Shown: positions 18,311-28,662, numbered from the stretch's first letter. The stretch is DNA of 64,000 nt from Acidimicrobiia bacterium (GCA_963665765.1 OY762464.1:1513741-1577740); one strand, 5' to 3'. The notes: generated by a model not told the origin, from the sequence alone. Program-made: numbers and translations.

Positions 18311-18689
18311 TATTCCGCATGAAAAGTCTTGGCCCGAATCCGCCGTTTGGGGTGTTGGGGGTGGCGGGTTCGCGAAATAAAGACGGCGGCAGTGGTTGAT
18401 CATGTCTCAGGCCAGGGCGCATATTGAGGGGGTCGAACACCTCTCCCGGTCCTCCCCGACGTCGTGGGGACCGCGCCGGAGGTCATAAGAGTTCTTCGGG
18501 AAACTGCTTCCCGCCGCCAACCCGTGGCGAAGCGTGTCCCGATCCTGGTGGTGAGCGGCGGGGGTGGGGCCCGACGGGCGGAAAATTGGATGTCGATTTT
18601 CGCGGGTTAGGGGTAGGTTTGGCGGAGCCACGCCAATGACCGCCCTAGCAACTGGGCGGCTTGGGGCCTGATGGGCAACGGGAAGGTGA

Positions 18690-19640
18690 TCAGCGGTAGC
18701 CGCCGCCCCGCCGAAGGCTGTCCAGGGTAACGGCGATGATCAGGATGGCGCCCCGCACCACCGATTGCCAGTAGATCTGCACCTGGAGCAGGATCAGGCC
18801 GTTCTGCACGACTCCGATGATCAGCAGTCCCAGGAGAGTCCCCAGCAAGCCTCCCCTACCTCCGCTCAAAGCGATCCCACCCAGAAGTACGGCGGCGATG
18901 ATGTCCAACTCTGCTCCGTTCAAAGCGCTCGGCAGCGCCGTGCCGCTCTGGGATGTGAGCATCAGGCCGGCCAGCCCTGCCAGACAGGCTTGGACCACAT
19001 ATGTCCAGCCTCGCAGGCGGTCAACCCTGATGCCGACATTGCGGCAGGCCTCGCTGTTGCCGCCGACGGCGTAGAGGTGACTGCCCGCCACGGTAAATCG
19101 CATGAAGAACATGCCCAATACCACCACCGCCAGGAACAACCAAACGGTGATGGGGGCGCCCAGCCAGGAACCCCTTCCCAGGTTGCTCCAAGCGTTGACC
19201 CCGACCACGATGTTGTCGCCACCGGTGGACACGAAGGCCAAGCCTCGATAGAAGAGCAGGGTTCCCAGGGTGGCGATAATCGGGTTGATCCGGAACTTGA
19301 CTATCAGCAGGGCGTTGAACGATCCCAGCACTCCCGCGGCCAGTATGCCCGCCACTCCGACCACCACGCTGTTGACATCCAGAGATATCAAGCTGGCGGT
19401 GACCATGCCGGCCACCGCCGCCACCGCCGCCATGGACAGGTCCAAACCCCCGGTGATCATGACAACGGTCAGGCCGATGGCGATCAGGCCCCTGATGGAG
19501 ATCGCCTGGCCGATGTTGATGAAATTGCGGGTGGTGAAGAAGAACTCCGATTGCCAGCTGAATAACGCGATCATCAGGAGCAGCGTGATGAACAGACCGA
19601 TCAGGGTCCAGTTGTCCTGTTTTTTGAAAGCCGAGATCAT
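18690..19640 (-). CDS. ABC transporter permease (RbsC/AraH-type), paralog of 10740-11753
   Basis: Hydrophobic multi-TM ORF; its ATG overlaps the upstream ATPase stop (ATGA). Confidence 0.75.
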   Translation of the reverse strand: MISAFKKQDNWTLIGLFITLLLMIALFSWQSEFFFTTRNFINIGQAISIRGLIAIGLTVVMITGGLDLSMAAVAAVAGMVTASLISLDVNSVVVGVAGILAAGVLGSFNALLIVKFRINPIIATLGTLLFYRGLAFVSTGGDNIVVGVNAWSNLGRGSWLGAPITVWLFLAVVVLGMFFMRFTVAGSHLYAVGGNSEACRNVGIRVDRLRGWTYVVQACLAGLAGLMLTSQSGTALPSALNGAELDIIAAVLLGGIALSGGRGGLLGTLLGLLIIGVVQNGLILLQVQIYWQSVVRGAILIIAVTLDSLRRGGGYR

Positions 19641-20410
19641 TGGTCTGCGCCGTTGTGGATTGACGGTGGCATAACGCCGGTTATCCATCCGATGATGTGG
19701 TTGGTGGTGATCGTCTTGGACGGCGCGTACGCCCAGAGTTTCCCTTGTCTCAACACGGCGATCCGGTCGGTGATGTCCAGGATGTCGCTCAGGTCGTGGG
19801 TGATCACCACCACCGCCTTGCCCTGTTTGCGCATGCCGGTGATGAGCTGATGCACCTGCTGAGTCTGTTCCACTCCCAGAGCCGCGGTGGGCTCGTCCAG
19901 CAACAGGATGTTTCCGCCCATCGCGATCGCTCGGGATAAGGCTACGGCTTGGCGCTGTCCTCCGGACAGCAACTCGACATCCACTTTCTGGGAAGGCAAC
20001 CGGATATTGAGATCATCCAGCATGACCGTGGCGTCGCGTTCCATCTTGCGGCGATCCAAAAAGAGCCCGAAGCGGCGGGGTTCCCGGCCCAGGTAGATGT
20101 TGTGAGAGACCGGCCGGGTCTCCACCAGGGCCAGATCCTGATAGACGGTGGCTATTCCCAAGGCCTGGGCCTCGGCCGGATGGCTGATGGTGACCGGCTT
20201 GCCTTGGTACTCGAAAGAACCCTGGTCGGGGCGGTGGTTGCCGGACAGGATCTTGATCAGGGTGGACTTGCCGGCCCCGTTGTCGCCCAGCAGGCCGAGC
20301 ACCTCTCCTGCATACAGGTTCAAGCTGACATCGACCAGAGCGTGAACCTGCCCGAATGCCTTGGAGACATTCGACATCGCCATCAACGGTTGTTGGTTAT
20401 GCGTGTTCAT
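19637..20410 (-). CDS. ABC transporter ATP-binding protein (half-size), paralog of 12942-13700
   Basis: GDNGAGKSTL, LSGGQRQ and LLDEPT motifs. Confidence 0.85.
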   Translation of the reverse strand: MNTHNQQPLMAMSNVSKAFGQVHALVDVSLNLYAGEVLGLLGDNGAGKSTLIKILSGNHRPDQGSFEYQGKPVTISHPAEAQALGIATVYQDLALVETRPVSHNIYLGREPRRFGLFLDRRKMERDATVMLDDLNIRLPSQKVDVELLSGGQRQAVALSRAIAMGGNILLLDEPTAALGVEQTQQVHQLITGMRKQGKAVVVITHDLSDILDITDRIAVLRQGKLWAYAPSKTITTNHIIGWITGVMPPSIHNGADQ

Positions 20411-20494
20411 ACCTCAAATCGCTAAAGGCTTTCTGAGTGCCAGGCATCCAAACCGCAGTCGGAACGCCTGGCACTCTACGTGTCGTTTTCTCCT

Positions 20495-22518
20495 CTATCC
20501 AGGATAGAGATCGTGGACGTTTTCTCGGGTTACCGGGGAGACCGACGGGATCAGCCGTTCGGGGACGGTATTCCCTTCGATCAGGTCCACAATGGCCGGC
20601 ACCAGGTACTGGCCGTAGCGCTCGGGGAAGTAGGAGATGGTGGCTTTGAACACCGACTCGTCGTCGGAGCGTCCCCGCAGATCTACCAGCGCCTCGTCAG
20701 AGGCGCCCAGGCTGGCTGCGGCAGCGTGGCCCAAGAAGCCACTTTGCTCCAACGCCAATGCGCAGTCCACGCCGGGTTGGTCGCTGTGTCCGAAGCAGAG
20801 CACGTGCTTGGCGTCGGGGTTGCCGGTGGCCCAGGTGGTTACGTTGGGAAGGGTGTCGGTGAGACCCTCGGTGGGAATGTCGTGGACGTTCTCGTCGGGA
20901 ATGGCAAAGGTCTCCCGAACGCCGTCTCGGGCGCCGTCGGCGCGGGCCTTGTGGACGGGCACGTCCGGGGTCCAGATCAACAGCAGTTCGGTCTCTTCCG
21001 GCGCCCAACCCTGTTCCTGGGCGAAGGCGGCCAGGAAGCGTCCGGCCTCCAACGCGGCGTTGTAGTTGTCGGGGCCGAAGGCCACGCATCCGGGGTGGGG
21101 TCCGTCGTAGGAGACGCAGGGGATCCCGGCGTCGTGGAAGATCCCGGAGATGAGTTCTTCGGTGCCGGCGATCCAGTTGGCGAAGATCACTCCGTCAACT
21201 TCCTGGGTGACCAGCAGGTTGGAGCACTCCACGGTCCTTTCCTGGTCGTAGGCGTTGTCGCAGTAGACGATCTCCACGCCCATCTCGGCTGCGATGGCGT
21301 TGATGTTGTCGGTCACGCTGTCGGTGAACGGAATACCCGAAAGCCCGTCACCGTAACCTAGCCTCCAGGGTTGCTCGGCTGCCCTGATCACGGCCTCGTA
21401 TTCGTCGCCGGAACCCATGGCTTCTTCGTCCAGTTCGCCTCCGGGGTACAAGTCCTCGACGTTGTCGCGGGTGACTGGTTCAACCGAGGGGATCAGCCTT
21501 TCGGGTATGTCGGTGCGTCCCTCGATGAGGTCGACTATGACCGGCACCAGGTACTGGCCGTAGCGCTCGGGGAAGTAGGAGATGGTGGCTTTGAACACCG
21601 ACTCGTCGTCGGAGCGTTCGCGCAGTTCGACCAGCGCTTCGGTGGAGGCGCCGGTCCCTACCGCGGCGGCATTGCCCAGGAACCCGTTCTGTTCCAGCGC
21701 CAGACCGCAGTCCACGCCGGGTTGGTCGCTGTGTCCGAAGCAGAGCACGTGCTTGGCGTCGGGGTTGCCGATCGACCAGGTGGTTACGTTGGGAAGGGTG
21801 TCGGTGAGACCCTCGGTGGGGATGTCGTGGATGTTGTCATCAGGAATGTCGAACAACTCCCGAACGCCGTCGGTGGCGCCATCGGCCCGGGCCTTGTGGA
21901 CGGGCACGTCCGGGGTCCAGATCAACAGCAGTTCGGTGTCGGCGGGATCCCATCCTTGGTCCATTGCGTATTGGGCCAGGTAGCGACCGGCGGCCACGCC
22001 GGCTTCGTAGTTGTCGGGGCCGAAGGCCACGCATCCGGGGTGGGGTCCGTCGTAGGAGACGCAGGGGATCCCGGCGTCGTGGAAGATCCCGGAGATGAGT
22101 TCTTCGGTGCCGGCGATCCAGTTGGCGAAGATCACTCCGTCAACTTCCTGGGTGACCAGCAGGTTGGAGCACTCCACGGTCCTTTCCTGGTCGTAGGCGT
22201 TGTCGCAGTAGACGATCTCCACGCCCATCTCGGCTGCGATGGCGTTGATGTTGTCGGTCACGCTGTCGGTGAACGGAATACCCGAAAGCCCGTCACCATA
22301 ACCAATCTTCCAAACTTCTGTGGCCGGACGGATCACGGCCTCGTAGGGACCGCTGGGCATCGCCGGCTCTTCTTCCACCACGGTTTCCTCGGGGGTTTCT
22401 TCAACCGCGGCGGCGGTGGTTACGGGGGCGTCGGTGGGGGCGGGCGCCTCGTCGTCCTCTCCGCAGGCTGCCACCAACAGGGCGACAACCGCAATTCCAA
22501 CTATCAATTTGCGTGGCA
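20495..22518 (-). CDS. Lipoprotein with two tandem type-I periplasmic substrate-binding domains (ABC SBP)
   Basis: Start MPRKLIVGIAVVALLVAACGE (lipobox). Two roughly 315-aa repeats with high amino-acid identity, including a 290-bp core that is identical at DNA level (21062-21352 vs 22007-22297). Confidence 0.7.
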
Positions 22519-22669
22519 TTCTCAACCTTTCTCTTATGCATCTAAGTGGCGAGGAATCCTTCGCCAACCGGGACGTACCCCACGACCGGCAGGTCGGTAT
22601 AAAGCGGAGGTGCCCGGTAAAAAATATCCTAACCCCACCCGCCGGAAGAGGGGGGAGCCTCAACCGACA

Positions 22670-23968
22670 TTATTTTGGCCGAGATCGCCCTTGCGCGTAT
22701 CGGATAAGGCTCTGATTCACCGGATCGTCGGGACAGAAATCTCCGGGTTCCAGATTCGACACCCCCACTCTCTGGCCGCCCCGGAACACCTCTCGCACCC
22801 TTCTTATATCTGCTATTTCGGAGAGGGGATTTCCTTCCACAACCAGAAGGTCGGCGGCTTTTCCCTGCTCCAGGGTTCCGGTCAGATGATCCACCCGAAG
22901 CCTCCGGCCGGCCTCCCGGGTGGCGGCGGCCAGAACGTCGGCAGGGGCAAGACCCGATTGATGCAACATCGCCAGTTCATCGTGAAGACCGAAGCCCGGG
23001 ATCAGGTAGGGCCAGGGCGCATCGGTGCCGACGATGATGGGCACCCCGGCTTGATGGAACGAAGGAATGGCCTTCCGCATCTCTTCGATGGCCGCCCTCC
23101 GATCTCGGGAGCCTTCCGGATCATGGCGGTGCGGGAAGGCGTCCCATGCTTGCCTGATCTCGGAGGGAACCCAACGAAGCCGTCGGTCGGGTTGGCGGAC
23201 GAAATGGCTCAGGCGGGCCAGCCGATCCCACACCACCAGAGTGGGGCATAGGGCGGTATTGGCTTTCGCCATCGTCTCGGCCACTTGTTCGAGGTCCACC
23301 AGATGGGCGCCGTTGAAGGGATCGATGATCCCGCTCAGGTGCTGCAGTTCGGCTACTCCTGCCCGAGCCGCTTCCCGGGCGTTCACCTTCCCCAGGTGAG
23401 CCACCACCGGCACATCGTGGCGCCGTCCCGCCGCCACCGCCGCTTCGACCTGTTGCAGATCCAGGTGAACGTAGAGCTTGATCTCGTCAACCCCGGCGGC
23501 GGCCAGCCGCTTGATCTTGGCGGCCACGGCTTCGGGAGTGGAGTGACCTTCTCCCAGCAGGGGCCAGTTGACGTGCCGGCCGTCCAACACCGGTCCGCAG
23601 CAGCGAATCCGGGGAGTGGGCCGGGGATCGGCGGCCAATCGTCGCCGCAATCCCAATATCCATTCGAGATCGTTTCCGATATCCCGAACGGTGGTCACTC
23701 CGGCTGCCAACAGGGCAGGGATCATCCAGGAGGTCAGATGGGTGTGAGCATCAATCAAGCCAGGCAAGAGCGTGCATCCCCGAAAGGCCATCCGTTCCAG
23801 GTTTCCGGGAAGGCCCTTGGCATCTGTCACCCCTTCTATCCGGCCGCCGGAGATCACCAGGGCCTTGCCGGATCGAACCTCGCGATCTGGCGGGTTCCAC
23901 ACCAGGTCGGGGACGAGCGCCAGTCGCCCGGTGGGAGAGTTTCGAGAAGATGGGGATTGGTGTATCAC
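22670..23968 (-). CDS. Amidohydrolase family metal-dependent hydrolase
   Basis: GLIDAHTHL metal-binding motif; first gene of the minus-strand ABC operon. Confidence 0.7.
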   Translation of the reverse strand: MIHQSPSSRNSPTGRLALVPDLVWNPPDREVRSGKALVISGGRIEGVTDAKGLPGNLERMAFRGCTLLPGLIDAHTHLTSWMIPALLAAGVTTVRDIGNDLEWILGLRRRLAADPRPTPRIRCCGPVLDGRHVNWPLLGEGHSTPEAVAAKIKRLAAAGVDEIKLYVHLDLQQVEAAVAAGRRHDVPVVAHLGKVNAREAARAGVAELQHLSGIIDPFNGAHLVDLEQVAETMAKANTALCPTLVVWDRLARLSHFVRQPDRRLRWVPSEIRQAWDAFPHRHDPEGSRDRRAAIEEMRKAIPSFHQAGVPIIVGTDAPWPYLIPGFGLHDELAMLHQSGLAPADVLAAATREAGRRLRVDHLTGTLEQGKAADLLVVEGNPLSEIADIRRVREVFRGGQRVGVSNLEPGDFCPDDPVNQSLIRYAQGRSRPK

Positions 23969-24052
23969 GGAGAGTCAGCCGGTCGGGGCGTTGAATTACC
24001 CTACCGGTGGCGAGTTCTGCTGTCCCGCCTTCGCCCTAGCCTCTTTTAGACC

Positions 24053-24832
24053 ATGACAGATGACCGACTTTCTCTGGGAGCGGGACTGGCCGGCCGGGGG
24101 GTGATTGTTACGGGCGCGGCCAGCGGTATTGGAAGAGCCACGGCTCGTCTGGCGGCGGACTGCGGGGCGCGTGTGTGCGGAGTGGACTTGAACGGTGCCG
24201 CGTTGCGCCAGGAAATGGAGGAGTGGGACCACCCCGATCGCCACCTGGCCATCGAGATCGACTTGACCGGCCCCGACGCGCCTTGTGGGGTGGTTGACGC
24301 CGCGTTGGAAGAGTTGGGTGATCTGTGGGGATTGGTGCACTGTGCGGGAGTTCTGATCCGCCGATCGAGCACGGCGGAGATCACTCGGGAAGATTGGGAC
24401 ATCCAGCACGACATCAACCTGAAGGCGTCCTTTTTCTTGAATCAAGCTGTGGGAGAGGCGCTTCGAACCGGGGGCCAAGGCGGACGTATGGTCACTCTCA
24501 GTTCCCAGGGATGGTGGACGGGCGGAAGCCACGGATCGGTGGTCTACTCGGCTTCCAAGGGGGGAATCGTCTCCATGTGCCGTGGTCTTTCCACCGCCTA
24601 TGCTCCCTATGGGATCACGGTGAACTCCATAGCGCCCGGGGTGGTGGACACACCCATGCTGGGGGCCGGTTTGACGTCGGACGACCTGGAGGCTATTGCC
24701 GCCTCCTGTCCGATGGGTCGGCTGGCCCGCCCCGAGGAAATCGCCCGGGTGGCGGTTTTCCTGCTGTCCGACCATGCCGGTTACATTTCGGCGGCCACGA
24801 TAAATGTCAGTGGGGGGCTGCTCTTTTACTGA
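24053..24832 (+). CDS. SDR family short-chain dehydrogenase/reductase
   Basis: TGAASGIG Rossmann motif and catalytic YxxxK (YSASK). Confidence 0.85.
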   Translation: MTDDRLSLGAGLAGRGVIVTGAASGIGRATARLAADCGARVCGVDLNGAALRQEMEEWDHPDRHLAIEIDLTGPDAPCGVVDAALEELGDLWGLVHCAGVLIRRSSTAEITREDWDIQHDINLKASFFLNQAVGEALRTGGQGGRMVTLSSQGWWTGGSHGSVVYSASKGGIVSMCRGLSTAYAPYGITVNSIAPGVVDTPMLGAGLTSDDLEAIAASCPMGRLARPEEIARVAVFLLSDHAGYISAATINVSGGLLFY

Positions 24833-24909
24833 ACCTAATGCAAGTGGTGCTGTCAAAACAACCAGCGGGGAAGGTGGGGGCGGGGGTTGCTGGTCTATAG
24901 TCGGGTCAA

Positions 24910-26397
24910 GTGCAAACCAGCCGACCAAGGAGGGTTCTCATCACAGCTAACACCAGCTTGCGGGGAGGGGTAGGCCGAACCGACATAACTCCACCCGTTC
25001 CAGCCGACCTGGTTGGATACGTGCGCCGGTGGCGTCCCGCCACCGAGGTGCGGGCGCCGCTCACCGCCACCGCTCTGGTCCTCGATTCCGGCGCCGAAAG
25101 GGTGGCGATCTTGGGGATCGACCTGGCGATTCTCAGCCCCGACTACGCCACCATGATCCGAGAACAAATAGCCGAAGCCATCTCCACCAGACCCGAATCG
25201 GTGCTGCTCAATGTGAGCCACACCCACGGCGGTCCGCATACGCCCGCCCGGGTCAAGCTGGGGGGTCGGCTGGACGAGATCAACCCTTCCGAGCAGGCCT
25301 ACTTCGAGATTCTTCCGCACCAACTGGTTTCGGCGGCTCGGCTGGCTGCCGAGAACCTGACGCCGGTGCGGGTGGGCTCGGCCAGCACGGAGGTGAAGGG
25401 TCTGTCTGTGAACCGCCGAGAGCGGGTGCAGGGAGTGGAGGGGACGGTCGGCTCGCTCAACACCATCCTGGGATGGAATCCGGACGGCCCGGTTGATCGG
25501 GATGCGGGAGTGATTCGGGTCGATCGTGAGGATGGTTCGCCACTGGCGGTGGTGGTCAGCTTCGGATGCCACCCGGTGGTGGTGGGCCCCGAGGACCCCG
25601 CCATCAACCCCGATTTTCCCTGGCCGTTGCGGGAGGCGGTGGAGAAGGCGACCGGAGCGACGTGTGTCTTTCTGCAAGGCGCGGGGGGAAACATCCTTCC
25701 CCTGCAGGCGTTCCTGCCCGAGTCCGGCGCCGAAATAGCGTTCGGAGAAAAGCTGGCGTCCGAGGCTCTCCACGCCATGGGCAACATAGAGACCTTCGAG
25801 ACCCGGATCGACCGGCTCGCCTACGGATCGGTGACGCCCATTTCCCTCTATCGAGTGGTGCGTTCCGAGACGCAGCCGCCTCAGGAACTGGCAGTGACGA
25901 CCACCGTGGTGGACCTACCCCTCAAGCGGGTACCCACCATCGACGAGGTAAAGGCCGAACGGGATCACTATCGGGGCAAGTTGGCCGAGGCCAAGGAGTC
26001 CGGCGTCGGCCGGGAGGAAATCAACCCGATCCAATACCACATCAGTTGGGCGGAGTCGGCGATCGCCCAACTGGAGGAGGCTCCCTACGACCGGGTTCCG
26101 GCCTTTGTGCAAGCGATCCGAATAGGAGACACCGCCATCGTGACCATTCCCGGTGAGGCCTTTGCCGAGATTGCCCTGGCTATCAGGGGGCGATCTCCTG
26201 CCGGTCGGGCCAACACCATCTTCTCCGGCTATTCCAACGGGGTCATTTCCTATCTGCCCAGTGCTGCTGAGTACCCTCATGGTGGTTACGAGGTGGATTA
26301 CGCCCACCACAGTTACGGTTTGATCGAGCAGGTGGCCCCCGAGTCGGAGGCGATCCTGGTTGAGGCAGGAGTGGCGATGCTCAAGGAGTTGTGGTAA
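24910..26397 (+). CDS. Neutral/alkaline ceramidase-like hydrolase domain protein (hypothetical)
   Basis: N-terminal region (TDITPP...GY...LTATALVL) resembles the neutral ceramidase N-domain; assignment is from memory of the family. Confidence 0.4.
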   Translation: MQTSRPRRVLITANTSLRGGVGRTDITPPVPADLVGYVRRWRPATEVRAPLTATALVLDSGAERVAILGIDLAILSPDYATMIREQIAEAISTRPESVLLNVSHTHGGPHTPARVKLGGRLDEINPSEQAYFEILPHQLVSAARLAAENLTPVRVGSASTEVKGLSVNRRERVQGVEGTVGSLNTILGWNPDGPVDRDAGVIRVDREDGSPLAVVVSFGCHPVVVGPEDPAINPDFPWPLREAVEKATGATCVFLQGAGGNILPLQAFLPESGAEIAFGEKLASEALHAMGNIETFETRIDRLAYGSVTPISLYRVVRSETQPPQELAVTTTVVDLPLKRVPTIDEVKAERDHYRGKLAEAKESGVGREEINPIQYHISWAESAIAQLEEAPYDRVPAFVQAIRIGDTAIVTIPGEAFAEIALAIRGRSPAGRANTIFSGYSNGVISYLPSAAEYPHGGYEVDYAHHSYGLIEQVAPESEAILVEAGVAMLKELW

Positions 26398-27419
26398 TGG
26401 TCCGGATGCGGATGAACCAGGCGGTGGCAGCCGCTCTGGGCGACGAGATGCGGGAAGATCCCGATGTGGTGATGTTCGGCGAGGATGTGGCTGCCGCCGG
26501 GGGCCCTTTCAAAACGTCGGACGGACTGCTGGAGGAATTCGGGCCGCTTCGGGTCAGGGACACTCCGATCTCGGAGATGGGATTTTTGGGGATGGCGGTG
26601 GGCGCGGCGGCTTCGGGCCTGCGCCCGGTGGCCGAGATCATGTTCATCGAGTTTTTGGGGGTGGCGCTCGACCAGGTGGTGACCGAAGCAGCCAAATTCC
26701 ATTACCTGTCCAACGGGAGGTTCACCTGCCCGATGGTGGTCCGGGCCTCCATCGGCGCCGGGTTGGGTTTTGGGTGCCAGCACTCCCAGACGTTTGAAAA
26801 CTGGATGAGCCACGCTCCCGGATTGAAAATGGCGATGGTTTCGGGCCCTCAATCCGCCTACGGGCTGATGCGGTCGGCCATACGCGACCCCAATCCGGTG
26901 GTGGTGCTGGAGCCGCGGGCCCTATACGGCGGCCGCGGCCAGGTGACCACCGGTGAGGAGGGGATCATTCCGCTGGGAGAGATTGCCCGGGTTCGGGAGG
27001 GCAGCGATGTGACCATTCTCACCGCCGGGGCGATGCGGCGGGTGGCAATGGCCGCCGCCCAGGCTTCGGAGGACTGGTCGGCGGAGGTGATCGACCTGCA
27101 AACCCTTATTCCGTGGGATCGGGAGGGGGTTGTTTCAGCAGTGCGGCGGACTGGCCGCCTGGTAATTGTGGAGGAAAGCCCCTATACCTCCGGATGGGGG
27201 ACGGAGATCTCCTCCTATGTCGGCGCCCGTCTGTTCGGCGAACTGAAGGCGCCGGTGCTGCGAGTCACCTGCCCCGATGTCCCCGTGCCGTTCGGGCGAG
27301 AACTGGAGTTGCGCTACATGCCTAACCAGGAGTACGTAACCGAGCAGATCGATCAACTGATGGCCACCGGCCGGGTGCCCGACCCGTGGTGGGTGGGAGA
27401 AGGGAGGAGCGCCCGATGA
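26397..27419 (+). CDS. 2-oxoacid dehydrogenase E1 component beta subunit (pyruvate/acetoin/branched-chain type)
   Basis: Transketolase-like pyrimidine-binding and C-terminal domains (MNQAVAAAL..EM..DP.V...GEDV). ATG overlaps the upstream TAA. Confidence 0.85.
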   Translation: MVRMRMNQAVAAALGDEMREDPDVVMFGEDVAAAGGPFKTSDGLLEEFGPLRVRDTPISEMGFLGMAVGAAASGLRPVAEIMFIEFLGVALDQVVTEAAKFHYLSNGRFTCPMVVRASIGAGLGFGCQHSQTFENWMSHAPGLKMAMVSGPQSAYGLMRSAIRDPNPVVVLEPRALYGGRGQVTTGEEGIIPLGEIARVREGSDVTILTAGAMRRVAMAAAQASEDWSAEVIDLQTLIPWDREGVVSAVRRTGRLVIVEESPYTSGWGTEISSYVGARLFGELKAPVLRVTCPDVPVPFGRELELRYMPNQEYVTEQIDQLMATGRVPDPWWVGEGRSAR

Positions 27420-28408
27420 GCGATGGAACGAAGATGGAACGCCGCAAGGCGGTGGCCGAGAATCGGGTGGCGCGGTACGAGCGGATGGTGGAGATCCGCG
27501 CCTTTGAGGATCGGGTGCAGGGCCTGTTCGCCGAGGGCGTGGTGCACGGCACCACCCATACCGCCCAAGGGCAGGAAGCGGTGGCGGTGGGGATTGCGGC
27601 GGCGGCCCGCATCACCGATACGGTCACCTGCACCTATCGGGGACATGGAATGGGTTTGGCCTTGGGAATGACCCCCGAGTCGATCCTGGGAGAGATCATG
27701 GGCCGGGAGATGGGGTGCATTGGCGGCATCGCCGGTTCCATGCATCTGGTCGACCGGGAACTGGGCCTTTTCCCCACTTTCGCCATCATCGGCGCCGGTA
27801 TTCCGGTGGCTGCCGGAGCGGCCCTGACCGCCCAGGTGAAGGGAACCGACGATGCGGCGATCGGGGTTTTCGGCGACGGCGCATCCAACATCGGCGCCTT
27901 CCATGAGGGACTCAACCTGGCGGCCATCTGGAAGCTGCCGGTGGTGTTCATCTGCGAGAACAACCAGTACGGCGAATACAGCCGAATCAACCTGACCACG
28001 CCCATCGAAGACCTGGCTGACCGGGCGGTGTCCTATGGGATTCCGGGAATCATGGTTGATGGGCAGGATCCTGATGCGACAGCCCAAGCGGTGGGTGAGG
28101 CCCTGGACAGGGCGCGGTCCGGGCAGGGCCCGACGCTGTTGGAGATGAAGACCTATCGCTACGCCGGGCACTCCCGCGCCGACAAGGCCGAGTATCGACC
28201 AGAAGGCGAGTTCGACAGTTGGTATCAGCGGGACCCGATCAACACCTTTCGGGCAAGACTGGAGTCAGAGGGTCTCTTGGCCGTGGGGCAGGCGGCTCGA
28301 ATCGATCAGCAGGTTGCCGCTCGGATAGAAGCAGCGGTGGAGGCGGCGAAGCAGAGTCCCCCGGCCGGCGTGGACGCCATGTTTCGCAACATCTACGCGC
28401 CCGTATAG
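27416..28408 (+). CDS. 2-oxoacid dehydrogenase E1 component alpha subunit (TPP-dependent)
   Basis: GQEAVAVG..., TPP-binding GDG..N motif; ATGA overlap with the beta subunit gene. Confidence 0.85.
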   Translation: MSDGTKMERRKAVAENRVARYERMVEIRAFEDRVQGLFAEGVVHGTTHTAQGQEAVAVGIAAAARITDTVTCTYRGHGMGLALGMTPESILGEIMGREMGCIGGIAGSMHLVDRELGLFPTFAIIGAGIPVAAGAALTAQVKGTDDAAIGVFGDGASNIGAFHEGLNLAAIWKLPVVFICENNQYGEYSRINLTTPIEDLADRAVSYGIPGIMVDGQDPDATAQAVGEALDRARSGQGPTLLEMKTYRYAGHSRADKAEYRPEGEFDSWYQRDPINTFRARLESEGLLAVGQAARIDQQVAARIEAAVEAAKQSPPAGVDAMFRNIYAPV

Positions 28409-28425
28409 AGAGGAAGGGCTGACCA

Positions 28426-28662
28426 ATGCGTTTCGAGGTGAAGATGCCCAGGCTGGGCGAGACGGTGGACGAAGTTGTGCTTTTGGAATGGATGGTAAAG
28501 GTCGGAGAAGAGGTGGAAAAGGACTCCGAGTTGGCCTTGGTGGAGACCGACAAGGTGGAGACCGAGGTGCCTTCCCCGGTGGCGGGAACGGTGGTCGAGA
28601 TCCTGATAGAAGAAGACGCCGAGGTGATCACCGGCGAGGTGATCTGCGTCATCGAAACATAG
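28426..28662 (+). CDS. Stand-alone lipoyl-domain protein (78 aa)
   Basis: Biotin/lipoyl attachment fold with the E-T-D-K-V lipoyl-lysine motif; no E2 catalytic domain follows. Confidence 0.7.
   Translation: MRFEVKMPRLGETVDEVVLLEWMVKVGEEVEKDSELALVETDKVETEVPSPVAGTVVEILIEEDAEVITGEVICVIET

Noticed and set aside
18253-18689. Possible tRNA or ncRNA in the 440-bp intergenic region
   Set aside because: No cloverleaf or GTTCGAAT T-loop could be recognised by eye; only a GC hairpin (18289-18310) is supported.
20480-23251. Long plus-strand ORFs (293 and 626 aa) across the second SBP and amidohydrolase genes
   Set aside because: Antisense to genes with clear lipoprotein-SBP and amidohydrolase signatures; Gly/Val/Asp-rich low-complexity translation.
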